In this document: in pieces, positions 14,941 to 33,087 of the stretch
Position numbering within the stretch: the stretch's first letter is position 1
Layout of the letters: the number at the start of each line of letters is the position of its first letter
The notes under the pieces: generated by a model
Told to the model about the DNA's origin: nothing
The model's input: only the letters and a program-made list of their open reading frames with translations
Databases searched by the model: none
NCBI RefSeq assembly: GCF_009914755.1
Contig: NC_060929.1
DNA from: the human T2T-CHM13v2.0 reference genome, Homo sapiens
Length of the DNA stretch: 64,000 nt
Strand: one strand, 5' to 3'
Program-made: the position numbers and the translations under genes

Positions 14941-15717
14941 CAGGATAATATGAAATAATGTCCTATATTAGGCAACATTTCAACTCTTTAATTGCCTCCT
15001 CTTTTCTGCTTATTTTAGTAAGTGTCGATTTTATATAGTATTCTTTTCTAAGTCCAAAGATGTATACACTTTGTCTGGAGTAAGCAGAAGGTCAAATATA
15101 TGTCCCTCATCTAAAGTACTTAGAATGGTGGTTTATTTAGCTACTAAAATGATTACTCACTTGGGCAAGTTACATTGCCTTTCAGAATTTCAGGTTTCTC
15201 TATAAATCAAAGGTTAACTACAGCCATCTGGCCAAATCTCACCTGCTTCTATATAGTCCATGAGCTGAGAATTTTTAAAGGGTTTGGAAAAAATGCAACA
15301 GTGACCCTTTGTGGTCTGCAAAACCTAAAATATTGACTATCTGACCTTTTAAATTTTAAAAAATAATATGAAAGAATTATAATGCTAGGAAACTTGGTAA
15401 ATACATTTTGCTTTAATAATTAGAATGTGTTGATCCTTTAAAGTTAATTAACTGTATCTCGGGAGGATAGCCACTTAATGAAGTTGTATGTTGTATCAGC
15501 TGTTTTTTTATGTGTAAAAAAGCAAGTTTGAAGAAATTTAAATTTCCCATGTCAAATTTTGTTTTAGGGATAATTAGCATATACAATAATACCTTTAGAA
15601 TTGAAATATCTACTTTCTTAAAATAATTTATGCAAGTACTAATTGATAGATTGGCATATATTATTAGTTCTATTACTAAAATCAGTGCATTTTTGTGTTT
15701 TGTTTCCTTTTATTTAG

Positions 15718-15804
15718 ATAGAAGCAGATTTGGGATATCCTGGAGGTAAAGCAAGAATTATTCATAAGGAATCTGATATCATTACTGCGTTTGCTGTTAA
15801 TAAG
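15718..15804 (+). CDS. DMXL1: DMXL1 coding exon C (87 nt): IEADLGYPGGKARIIHKESDIITAFAVNK
   Basis: Long polypyrimidine tract plus tttAG, donor AAG|gtaagt; phase 0-0. Confidence 0.96.
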
Positions 15805-16752
15805 GTAAGTACATAGACATTCTTCTTTTGTTTATTAAGTATTTATAGTTGGATAATATCTTCTGTTTTATCAGTTTATCCAGTATTTCTTTCCCAAAGC
15901 TGCTTCCAGTTCCTTAAATTGCAATCTGGATACTTTTTTAATTTTATAAAATGATATTATTTGATAATGTGATTTTGTTATTATATGATTTTGGAGATAC
16001 AGCTGATACATAATGTTTTATTACTATGCAGAGAGAAGTACCAAATATATAGACAATCGCTTTAGAATTTATACAATGTACTATAGTAGTTAACCCACAG
16101 AAAAAGTTTTTTATGTTCCTTATGAATATGTCAAATGTGGTTCTGGGTATTTGGTAAGATTTAAGCTTATATGTGACTCAAATTCTCCCTCTTTGATTTA
16201 TACCTCCGATAGCTGCCCAACGTGTGTATTTTCTTAGTATTTCTTAAATTTCTACTTAACATCCTCCTTAGATGTCTATACACTCCTCACAGAAGAGGTG
16301 GCCTTAGGTACTATAGTCCAAGATTGAAATCTGTCTTATTAATCATTTTCCCCTTCTGTCTCCCCTAATTGCCTTACTGTATGGTTCCTAATGACTTCTA
16401 GTTATTCTTTTGTTTTCCTTCCATTAACTTAAAGGATATGTGTATCTTCTTTTTATGTATTCATAGAAGATACCTAAAGGAGATATTGTATACATATATA
16501 TAAGATGTTCATATGTTCCTAATTTTAAAATAATTGTTAAATGTTATGTAGATACATACCCTGTAATATGTATATGTAATATGTAATACAGAGAAGTGTG
16601 ATATACGGGGAAATTACCCATTTAGTAATCCTTTCACCAGTTGGTTTTCTGTCTTTCTGTGCTATGTCTGTCTTCTCTGAATTCTTCTGGACAGTATCTT
16701 TGTTGTTCTGTGTGCTTCACTTAATTTCCTTCTTAGACACCGTTGAGCAATG

Positions 16753-16858
16753 ACTGGCTAAAGGGCTGATTCCAGATTTGCCTGCTTCAGACAGTTCTGT
16801 TATCAAAGAAACAGTTCTGTTTGAAACAGGCAAATCTGGAGTCAGCCCCTTAGCCAGT
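16753..16858. repeat. Inverted repeat: 42-bp arms (38/42 Watson-Crick), 22-nt spacer
   Basis: actggctaaagggctgattccagatttgcctgcttcagacag vs reverse complement of ctgtttgaaacaggcaaatctggagtcagccccttagccagt. Confidence 0.95.
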
Positions 16859-16911
16859 TGTAATATCTGTATAACATGATATTATATATACATGTCAAAT
16901 ACAAAATTATT

Positions 16912-17040
16912 GGCCAGGTGTGGTTGCTCACACCTGTCATCCCAACACTTTGGGAGGCCAAGGCAGTAGGATCACTAGAGGCCAGGAGTTTGATACCAGC
17001 CTGGGCAACATTGTGAGACCCTGTCTCTACAAAAAAAAAT
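16912..17040 (+). mobile_element. FLAM / Alu left monomer
   Basis: ggccaggtgtggttgctcacacctgt...gagaccctgtctctacaaaaaaaaa. Confidence 0.88.
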
Positions 17041-17177
17041 TATCTATACCTGCATTACCTGCTCTTTCTTGAAGAAAATATGATTTAAAATAGTCTGTGC
17101 TATAAAAGAAACTAGTTGTTTTCTTCTTGAGGGTTTATATATAAGTACTGGTAATGAATAGCTATTCACATATATAA

Positions 17178-17588
<411 letters not shown>

Positions 17589-17699
17589 TAATATCCTTAC
17601 TAAATTTGCAGCTGAGAAATAATACCTCTTGCTTTAAGTTGCATTTTTTTAAATGCCATTGAGATTTTTTTTGCCATTTGTTTAGTTGGGAACTACCTG

Positions 17700-18225
17700 T
17701 GTCAAAAACTATGAAGGGTCTCAGATTTTACCTTAAATTAAAACTAACAGTTAGCTTTCTGTTTCTGTTGCCACAGAAACAGTTCTGTTTGAGGCAGGCA
17801 GTGGATTGTTTAAACAGTCCATTTAATTGATCCATTAAACATTTTAGTGGATGCTGTTAGAAGACATACGACTCTTGGATCAGAGACAAAGGACAGTTTA
17901 TGTCTAACAGCAAAAGCAATAACCAGAAAATCAGCACTTTACACTGGTTGCCTGAGCCACAATTTCCAGAGAATGACGGGAAGAGGGCCAGATGATACCT
18001 ACCTTACCTACACACATAGTAGGTTATATTACAGGAGAGGATCTCTGAGTTTAGGGGACCCAAATCTTTTATAATCGATAGTAAGCATACTTGCCCTTTG
18101 CTCTGGAGGGAGAGACGATAGTTATACAAACATCCTGGCAATTATACTGCAGAAAAAAGGGCAGACATGACTCACTTATAAAACATGCAGAATTTGGGAT
18201 ACCCATGGAGAATAACCACCCAATA
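17700..18225 (-). mobile_element. Solo LTR, LTR40-like (ERVL)
   Basis: tgtcaaaaactatgaagggtctcagattttacc...ggatcagagacaaaggac...ttgccctttgctctggagggagagac...cccatggagaat match the reverse of the recalled consensus; family name tentative. Confidence 0.65.
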
Positions 18226-18371
18226 ATCTAGCTATATCATTTTTTCATTTATTTCTAAGGTCTCAGTTTTTTCTTAATAGTTTGTGTTAAAATCTAACAT
18301 AACAGTAATGGTAATCCTATTTTCTCTTTGCTGTCAATATCTTCCTGTTTTCTGTTTCAAAGATACACATT

Positions 18372-18684
<313 letters not shown>

Positions 18685-19287
18685 AAGATGTACATTTTTG
18701 ATTCATAGGCATTTAAAATTTCATGTCATTTAACCTTAGCAACTTTTCATTTGTGATCTTTTTCTGGCATACTTCTCCCACTATATTTCTGCCCCTACAC
18801 CTTTTTTCTGTGACCCTTTCCCACTTCTTTTTTTTTTTTTGCCTAAGATTGAAAAGCTTTAGGAGAAAGTTTGTTTTATTTAAATAATTAATAATTATGT
18901 TTTTAGTTTGGAGTTCCTTATTGCCCTCACCTTTCTGTACCCTACAGGTTCCTATCTTTTTCAGCATCTTCCTCCACATTTCTGAATTGTGCATACCTTA
19001 GAGCGATCATAGCATTCTAGCAGTCTAGAAAAACAGTACTGGGAGAGGAAATAAAATGCTGCATGTATTGCCATTTATACTGGCTTTCTATTGGATGTAC
19101 TTTTCATAGAACATAAACGTATCTCCAAACTGAAGCTTATTATTTCACTAAAAGTAAGAATGCTGTATATCCTGTACTTTAGTTATCACTGCTAGAGGTT
19201 ATTTCAAAACTACCATTTTCAAAAGCAGCTCATATACTATCTCTTTTGCCTATTGCTTTTAAAATTACCATTTGACTTATTTTTCAG

Positions 19288-19409
19288 GCAAATAGAAACT
19301 GCATAGCAATCGCTTCCAGTCATGATGTTCAAGAACTGGATGTTTCTGGAATTCTGGCCACACAGGTCTACACTTGGGTAGATGATGATATAGAAGTGGA
19401 AACCAAAGG
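19288..19409 (+). CDS. DMXL1: DMXL1 coding exon D (122 nt): ANRNCIAIASSHDVQELDVSGILATQVYTWVDDDIEVETK(G)
   Basis: ttatttttcAG acceptor, donor AGG|gtacct; phase 0-2, matching the next exon. Confidence 0.94.
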
Positions 19410-19755
19410 GTACCTTCATAGTTTGTTTCTATTTAGTAATGTTGCAATATGAGTGACTATATTTACTGAATTAAAACTTTCAAAAGATTCTTTAAAGCAA
19501 TGTATAGATTGTAAGCAGAGTAGAAGCTGATGTGCTAAATGAGGGGTGGCAAGAGCTTTAAATAAGGGAACTGAGAGAAGAGTAAGTGAAGGGAACAGAA
19601 ATTGTTGAGGTATGAGGTCATTGTGTGTGAGTTACAAATAAGAGCTGAAGAAAATTAATTTTAAAGGGAACTATAAATTCAAATTTTAGACCTTTCAAGT
19701 GTAAAAAAGAAAGAAATGATGAGTTGTTTTTATTCTGGTTGACATTCCTTTATAG

Positions 19756-19897
19756 ATCAGAAGATTTCTTGGTTATACATGCTCGTGATGATTTAACAGC
19801 TGTTCAAGGTACAACTCCATATACACATAGCAATCCTGGCACTCCAATCAACATGCCATGGCTTGGTAGTACACAGACTGGCAGAGGAGCATCTGTG
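19756..19897 (+). CDS. DMXL1: DMXL1 coding exon E (142 nt): SEDFLVIHARDDLTAVQGTTPYTHSNPGTPINMPWLGSTQTGRGASV
   Basis: ttcctttatAG acceptor, GTG|gtatgt donor; within ORF 19724..19972; phase 2-0. Confidence 0.95.
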
Positions 19898-20159
19898 GTA
19901 TGTAAAGTTAAAAATAAATTTAAGTTATATGTAACTTTTATTTTTCCCTCTAGGTTAATGGATAAAGGATGATTTAAAACATTTTTCTTAATTCCTAAAG
20001 TTTTAGTAAGTCTTACATGTTGGAAATTGTAAATTTTGATAATGAAGACTAGTATGTTTTCATTTGAAAGGGTAATAATAAATTGTTTTAAAAATATACT
20101 TTGCTTGAAAACCAAAGAGCTATATTTTAATTAAGAATTATTTGAAACATGGTTCAGAT

Positions 20160-20520
20160 CAGGCTTCAGCAAGGTGTTCCCCATAGATCAAATATTACCC
20201 ATGACCTGTTTTTATATAGCTAATATGCTAAGAATGGTGTATACATTTTAGTGAAATGGTTTATACATTGTTTTTTCAATAGTTGAAAAAACAAACATAG
20301 TATTTTTTGGCACATGAAAATTACATGAAACTGGATTTCAGTGTTTTTTTACAAATAAAGTTTTATAGGAACACAGCCAGTCATTTGTTTCCATTTTGTC
20401 TGTGGATGCCTTCACACTACAGTGGCAGAATTGAGTATCTGCAACAGAAAGTAAATGCCCATAAAGCCAAAACACTTGCTATCCAGTCCTTTATAAAAAA
20501 AGGTTTGCTAACCCCTTGTC
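20160..20520 (+). mobile_element. MER58B-like DNA transposon
   Basis: aaataaagttttataggaacacagcc...aaagccaaaacacttgctatccagtcctttataaaaaaaggtttgctaacccctt. Confidence 0.7.
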
Positions 20521-21379
20521 TAGGTATCTTTTAATGGATATCAATTAATAACTATATCCATATTAAGTATCACTTTTTTAAATGCCAGGACAAATATTCT
20601 TTTTTTTTTTTTTAACAAAAACAATATATAATTTTTTAAGTTAAGCAAAAAGCAATATAATAATGAACTGAAACATAATTTTTCTGTAGTGTTGGAGGAT
20701 CTTTTTTAGCCCTGATTACCTAGAGATGTGATTCATATTTGTACTTCCAAGCCTTTATTATTACGTAGGTTATAGGAACTAATGAACGGATTTGAAGAAG
20801 CAAAGAAAGGTGGTAGGGTTTTTCAGAATTTCATAAGTACTGTAGAATGCTTTCCTTGGCCAAAAAAAAAATTATTTTTCATTAATTAGTATGAGCAATT
20901 GTTCAAGTAAAATCTGAGTTATCTTTAATAATACCTTGTAATATTTTGTACCTAATGGAGTTCCTTTATAGTTGCTATAACCTTATAATTTGCAGTATCT
21001 GTTGTAGTTGTTATTTACTCGTATTTAAACATTCTTCAGATGAAGCTTGAGATCCAAAAAGGTCAAGTGGATCAACTTATGTCACTTTGTTAAATGTATG
21101 GTAGAGCTTGTTTTAAAGCCCTCTGTTCTCCTTAGTTCAGTGATTTCAAGTAGCAGTGTTTTAAGGATTAAAATGAACTTGAAAAGCAATCTAGTAATTA
21201 TTCAAATGAAATGACTTGCTCAGTGGTGGTTAAATAATTTTTCCAGCTGACAGATATGTTACAATTCATTGGTAAAACTTACTGATATTATATTCTTTTA
21301 AAGGAGAACTCAAAGGGAATATATGCCAAAGAAGTGCATAGGACTAATAGGCACTTTTTTGAATTCCAACCTCAGAGAT

Positions 21380-22305
<926 letters not shown>

Positions 22306-23525
22306 ACTCCAAAGCATTGTAATACAGAAATCTACCATAGGCATAACACTAAGGATTGAATTTTCTTCCTACCTAAATCTTAGGACATCTTTTTATTTCG
22401 GATAACTGTGATTTGTTAACATGAGGGTTCGGATTGCCTCACTCTACCCTCAACAAAAAGACACCAGTAGAATAAGGTTGTTCTTTTTTACATGGATCTT
22501 CTAAAATAATGATTTTACATATTTTACATATGCTTTCAGAAACTTTTTTAAACCTGTGTTTGTATATTTTTTTTACGTATGGTTCTCCTGTGAATATTAA
22601 AAAAAGAAGACAAAAGCAAGAATAGGAACCTTCAGGCATTTCTTTAATTAAGAAGAACATGGAATTTAAATATGAAGTTTACTAAACAGAAGTCATATGC
22701 AGCAGGTTTTTATTTTTTCTAGAGAACTGATAAAATATTTTCTTTATCCTTTCATTTTATCAAATGATAAAAACTAATAGCAAAAAAATATCATTATGAC
22801 CAGCTTCTGCTATTTTGGAGTATAACTGCATCAATATATGTGTTTCAGTTTTATTTATCCCTCTTCTTTTCTCTGGCCTAGTCTCTGTTCTCCCTACCAA
22901 CTCCCCACCTTCTCCACAACTTTAGGCTAATTGAACCATTTAAAATCCAAAAGAATAACAATAACAAAACCTACCTGAGACTGATGCTACAAATTTAAGA
23001 TAACATATATTTGTAGTTATGATGCTATATAAATTGGAAATGTTCTATAAATTTTTCCTTTAATTTTATGTGTTTGTTTTACTCTTATTTGACAGGCTAG
23101 TTAAATTATTCAAAGCATAACTTTAAAATGAGTAAATACATAGTTCCAAACTGTTTTTAAATTTATTTAATTTTCTCTTCTTTTATTTTCACATGCTCCT
23201 GTCTTTTAAACTTACACTATTCAGGATTATTACTGAATAATAAATGTAATGGGATCAGAAAAGAATTGACAAGAAAGGAGGGAAGACTAAATTCTTGAAA
23301 GGAATTTATCTTTAGATCCTAGTCAGTAATGCCCAAAATATATGTGCAAATATAAGAGCTGCACTATTAAATTTCTGTTATCATGTTTAGTATTTTTAGC
23401 ACCCATAATGATAGTTATGAACTCATGTAAAAATAAATAAATGAATGTTATTTGAATTTCCTGTCACAATTTAAATGTTTAATCCTTTTTATTATGCCTA
23501 TAAAATAATTTTTCTATTTTACCAG

Positions 23526-23586
23526 ATGATTAAGAAAGCCATTAATAATGTTAGAAGAATGACTTCTCATCCAACTCTTCCTTACT
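23526..23586 (+). CDS. DMXL1: DMXL1 coding exon F (61 nt): MIKKAINNVRRMTSHPTLPY(Y)
   Basis: tttctattttaccAG acceptor, ACT|gtaagt donor; phase 0-1. Confidence 0.94.
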
Positions 23587-25289
23587 GTAAGTTGAATAAT
23601 AATTAGCAATTGTCCTTTCTTATTCTTAAATCTATTTTTGGTAATTTTATTATAAGAAATGTGTGGGAACCTTTTTGTTTTAATTGAAAGCATTTATTTG
23701 ACTTTTTTTCTAGCGAATATTTGCCAGTAAATAAAATCTTGATTTCAAAACTGGGTAAAAATAGAAAAAGATATTTCCCTAAAAGAGAAAGCTGATTTAA
23801 TGAAGTAAATTTTTTGACATTTTGACTACCAATCAAAATTTGCGACTACCAATACACAAAATTTGTGTATTTCTAAGTTAACACATTTTATCTTTGAACA
23901 TTTCTGGATTTCTTTGATCATGCTAAATTATAGTGAATAATTATTTTAATAATAGAACCACTGCCAACCTTTATTACATAAGCCACAACCATACCTCAAT
24001 TATTTATTACCTCATCATACTCAGTTTGTATTTTATTACTTTTTTTCAGTTGGTCTTTTATGAGACACATTAATAGTAAACATAGGAAATTATTATTAGT
24101 TTTTATATTCTAAGGCAGAATATATGTGTTTTCAGTTAATCTTCCTAGGAATCTTAAAAGTTTCTCTTCCTTCAACCAAGAACTTAATTAATGGGGAATT
24201 TATTGGAGGTATTGATTCTGGTGGGTTGGAATCAATACTCATACTGGTGTGTGAGTATTCCAAGTTTTTTAATATTTTTTTTTAAGTTATGCCCTTCGTC
24301 AAATTGTCCTACTACATAGTAACAAGAATAATGCATGTTAATTAATGGGTATTCATGTCCCCCAGTTTAATAGCCTATTAAAAACTTTAGAAACTTTTCT
24401 CTTGGGAGATATTCTGATAAAATGCAGTTAACAAAATCAGTATTCTTTTCTGCTTCATTTATGATAAATGCTCAAATAATCTACTATCAAAGTTGTGTAC
24501 GCTGTACGAAACAAGGCTCAAGAGAACCGTATATGTAAAATGAAGAGAATAACATCTGTTACTTATGCTAGAGGTATAACATAATATAAAAAATTTGTCT
24601 GTTTTCACTACATCAAATTTATTCATCGCTAGAAGTGTGTATTTTTTACCCACAAGTTTAATGTCAGGTGAGAACTAAAAAGCAGTCATGAAGCCTATAG
24701 TGTAAGGAGTCAAAATGTGTTTTATATATAAAATTTAAATAATATTATTCTACATCAGGAAATACTTGATATTGCTTAAAACTACCCTATTCTATGCAGT
24801 CTGGTTGGAAGTTTTCTGAGATACTGAAGGGACTTCATTTTTCTCTCAGTCCCATACCATGTGTCCTGGCAGGTGTAAATATCCTATACCTTAATCCCAT
24901 AAACTTAAAGAGGCCACGCTCAAAGCTTCAAAGGTAATTGATGGACCTATTGTCAGAGGTGTTAGGTAGCATCAATTACTGCTGTCTTGAGAGATAAATA
25001 CTTTCTCTGTTTAGAGAACTGCCAAAACTAGCAGATAAGACACCTGAAAAATTAAAAGCTAATTACTGGATTTTTTTTCCAGTATATCTTTTCATGTCAC
25101 AAACAAGTCCCACAGGTAGTAATTTAGTTTGATAACAAACACTTTTCGTGTTGTGAAAATGTTATGAGACAGGATTTTTAAAAATATTAGTCTGAAGTTC
25201 AGATACCTCAAGATAGCTGTTTTCTTTCCTTGGAATAGATCTTTTGAAAAATTCTTAAAGAACTTTTTAGAAGTTAGCCTAGTACATTT

Positions 25290-26016
25290 TATAATTTTCT
25301 GAGTAGAAAACACACTGTTTCTCTATGCTGTCATGTACAGTTCTGATACCAGATGTGTTGGCTTTTGTCCACTCCAAGCCATTCTCCACCTCTCCAAGTA
25401 CTGGCTGGGTGCCTTATAATTTGGTTTAATTATGACACAGTCTACCTGGAGTTAGAATCATATCCTACAGGTTAAGGGCTCAGTCCCACAAAACTGCTCC
25501 TTACTTCAGACACCACTCGCAGGTTATCAGTTTTCACCTACACATCTGGCATACTGGCTATAAATCAGAGTGCCCACAGCTCCCTCCTTGGGTTTGATTA
25601 ATTTGTTACACTGATTCACAGAACTCAGGGAAAATGCTTTACTTACATTTATCAGTTTATTATAAAAGAAACAGATGAAAAGTACATAGAATGAGGTCTG
25701 TAAGACTCCTAAGCAGAGGAGCTTCTCTCCCCTTGGAGTTAGGGTGCACTACAAACCTGGCACATGGATGTGTTCACCAGCCAAGAAGCTCATCAGATCT
25801 CCTTGTTCAAGAGTTTTTATAGAACTTAATCTCCAGCTCCCTTTCCCACCCTTTTCTGGAGGTTGGCGAGTGGAACTGAAAGTTTCAATGCTTTAGGCTA
25901 TCTGTGGGACCCCATCTAAGACACTGCATTAGCATAAATTCAGGTGCTCTTCCATGGGTTTTAGTAGCTGTATGCCAGGATCCAGGGACAAAGACCAAAT
26001 ATGTATTTTATGTCAC
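25290..26016 (-). mobile_element. MER21-family LTR
   Basis: ctacctggagttag..acaggttaagggctcagtcccacaa..cttcagacacca; cacagaactcagggaaa; ccagggacaaagaccaaatat..tcaca. Confidence 0.8.
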
Positions 26017-26189
26017 ACTGGGTCATTTTTTTTCCCTTCTAAAATGTTTAATGTGTTTTCCCTGTTTAATTTTTTTCCCCTTCTAAAATGTTTAATGTGT
26101 TTTCCCTTTTTAATAAGTATTTGTTGAAATCATACACTTGATAGGTTCTATATAAGCCTAGCTGAGTAAAAGTGAAGTCTGCTCTGCTG

Positions 26190-30975
<4,786 letters not shown>

Positions 30976-31510
30976 CGTTATAAATAATAATAGAAAAGTT
31001 GAGCGATTTTAGTGCAACCACCCCAATTTATTTTTCTGATTAAGCTATGCAAGCGCATTGGGGGAAAGGGAGTAGAGCCAGTCAAATACCTAGTCTCAAA
31101 AAACTCTACCTCCTACCGCTGCCCAATGGTAAAAGCTTTCAAACCAATTGAAGTTCATTTATTTTAAATATTTGATAAGGAATGAGGGAAACTTGACTGA
31201 TATGTGACTAGCAAGTGCTAGATGTTTTATATAAATGTATTTTTTTTACTACCTCCATACCACATTAATATTGATAATGATACTCTATAAATTGAGTGTT
31301 ATATGTTAGGCATATTTCTGGGTGCCTTATATATGTGATCTCATTTTCTACTCACAACTGTCCAGTGACTTATATATCATTAGTCCCTTTTTACAGGAAG
31401 GAAATGGTCTCAGAGAGATTAAGTAAATTTCCTAGTATAACACAAATAATAAATGGCAAAGCGAAGAATCAATAGTCATTTATCTTATTCATATTTCTCA
31501 GTAAAACAAG

Positions 31511-31640
31511 TCCGGTGCAGTGGCACGTGCCTATAAATCCCAGCCTCTTAGAGGCTGAAGTGGAAGGATCACTTGAGGCCAAGAGTTAAAGACCAGCCTT
31601 GGCAACACTGCAAGACCCTGTCTCTAAAAAAAAAAAAAAT
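31511..31640 (+). mobile_element. FLAM/Alu monomer (preceded by a MIR remnant ~31290-31470)
   Basis: ccggtgcagtggcacgtgcctataaatcccagc...gaccctgtctctaaaaa. Confidence 0.8.
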
Positions 31641-32156
31641 TAACTACAAAATTACAAAAAAAACAGATAACATATATTTGAGATATTAGGCCAATCAGGA
31701 TAACTTTTAGAACTGATTTTTTTCTTTAGCATGACATTTAAAACCTTCTTTAATCTGATTTTTTTCAAAGAAAAATGTGTATACATTTACACATTAATAG
31801 TATAATAAGGATTGATTCTAACCTAAGAATTTCTTATAATGAGTAATATATAATTTATTATAAAAAATAAAAGGCTGTTAAGACATCATTGAGATAACTT
31901 TAAAGGGAAATAAAATTTATGGAGCTATGATTTAAATGCTCCTATCGTATTTGAGGATGTGTTCTTAGTCAAATGAAAGTGTATTGTATAACTATTTTTA
32001 TGATGAATAGTATTCAACTGAAATTTCATACAAAGGTAAATTTATATAAGTTGATTTAGATGTTTCTTTCATAAAGATTTTCACATAGGATAAAGAAATA
32101 ACTTTTCCCAAAGATTCTTGAAATAAATCTGCAATTTTTGCCCTCTTGTAATGCAG

Positions 32157-32284
32157 ATCTGACAGGAGCTCAAGATGGAAGTGTCAGAATGTTTGAATGG
32201 GGCCATTCTCAACAAATAACCTGTTTTCGATCTGGTGGCAATTCAAGAGTTACAAGAATGAGATTTAACTATCAGGGAAATAAG
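32157..32284 (+). CDS. DMXL1: DMXL1 coding exon G (128 nt): LTGAQDGSVRMFEWGHSQQITCFRSGGNSRVTRMRFNYQGNK (WD40)
   Basis: tgcAG acceptor, AAG|gtatta donor; within ORF 32138..32347; phase 1-0. Confidence 0.95.
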
Positions 32285-32594
32285 GTATTATATAAAAATG
32301 TAAATGGTAAAAAATTTATTGTGTTGGAGGTTTATAAATTCCACTAGTTTGGGTTTCTGAAAAGAACAGCTCCGTGGGTAGTAGTAAAGTATTGATCTAT
32401 ATAGATGCTTTTAAATTCTTCTCAAAGAACACTTAACTTCACTTGTTCTTCCTAGAAGTATGTTATATAGGTGTCCATTAAAACTCAGTTAAGTGATTCT
32501 TAATGACCAAACGATTATAAGTTCACCTTATATTACACACTTTTTATTATTAAATGCTCCTACTCTCTTTATCCCTCGGAACCTACTCAGTGTG

Positions 32595-32945
32595 TGATCC
32601 AGCAGCAAGTAACATCTAGAGCTTATTATAAATGCATATTATTGTTCCTTCTCCAGATGTGCTGAATCACCATCTGCATTTTAACCCGATATTGTTGTGA
32701 TTTTTACAAATATTAAAGTTTTTTAAGAGGTACTGCTCCAGAACAACATCAGCAAACTACATCCTAGCCACCTGCTTTATAAATAAAGTTTTGTTGGACC
32801 ACAGTTACCCCCATTCATTATTTTTCTTTGGCTACTTCCTACTACAGCAGCATAGTTCAGGAGGACAAAGACCTTATAGCTGGCAAAATAAAATATTTAT
32901 TATGTGGCCACCTAAGAAAAAGTTTGCCAGACCTGCTCTAGAGCA
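32595..32945 (+). mobile_element. MER5-like then MER58A-like DNA transposon remnants
   Basis: gctgaatca..atctgcattttaac; agcaaactac..aaataaagttttgttgga..aaaagtttgccagacctg. Confidence 0.6.
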
Positions 32946-32989
32946 TCCTTTACTGTCTTCACTTCTCATAATCCTTTGTTCAAACTGCC

Positions 32990-33087
32990 CCCCTCCCCAC
33001 TTTTATGTTAGACAGCAATCTTTTATTGAACAGTACTGCTCCTTGTGAAGCAGGGCTAGTTCAGAGGCAGTGCACCCACAGCCAGCC
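32990..33087 (-). mobile_element. Short ERV1-type LTR R-region copy flanked by direct repeats
   Basis: Minus strand GGCTGGCTGTGGGTGCACTGCCTCTGAACTAGCCCTGCTTCACAAGGAGCAGTACTGTTCAATAAAAGATTGCTGTCTAACA; caaactgcc at 32981-32989 and 33088-33096. Confidence 0.65.
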
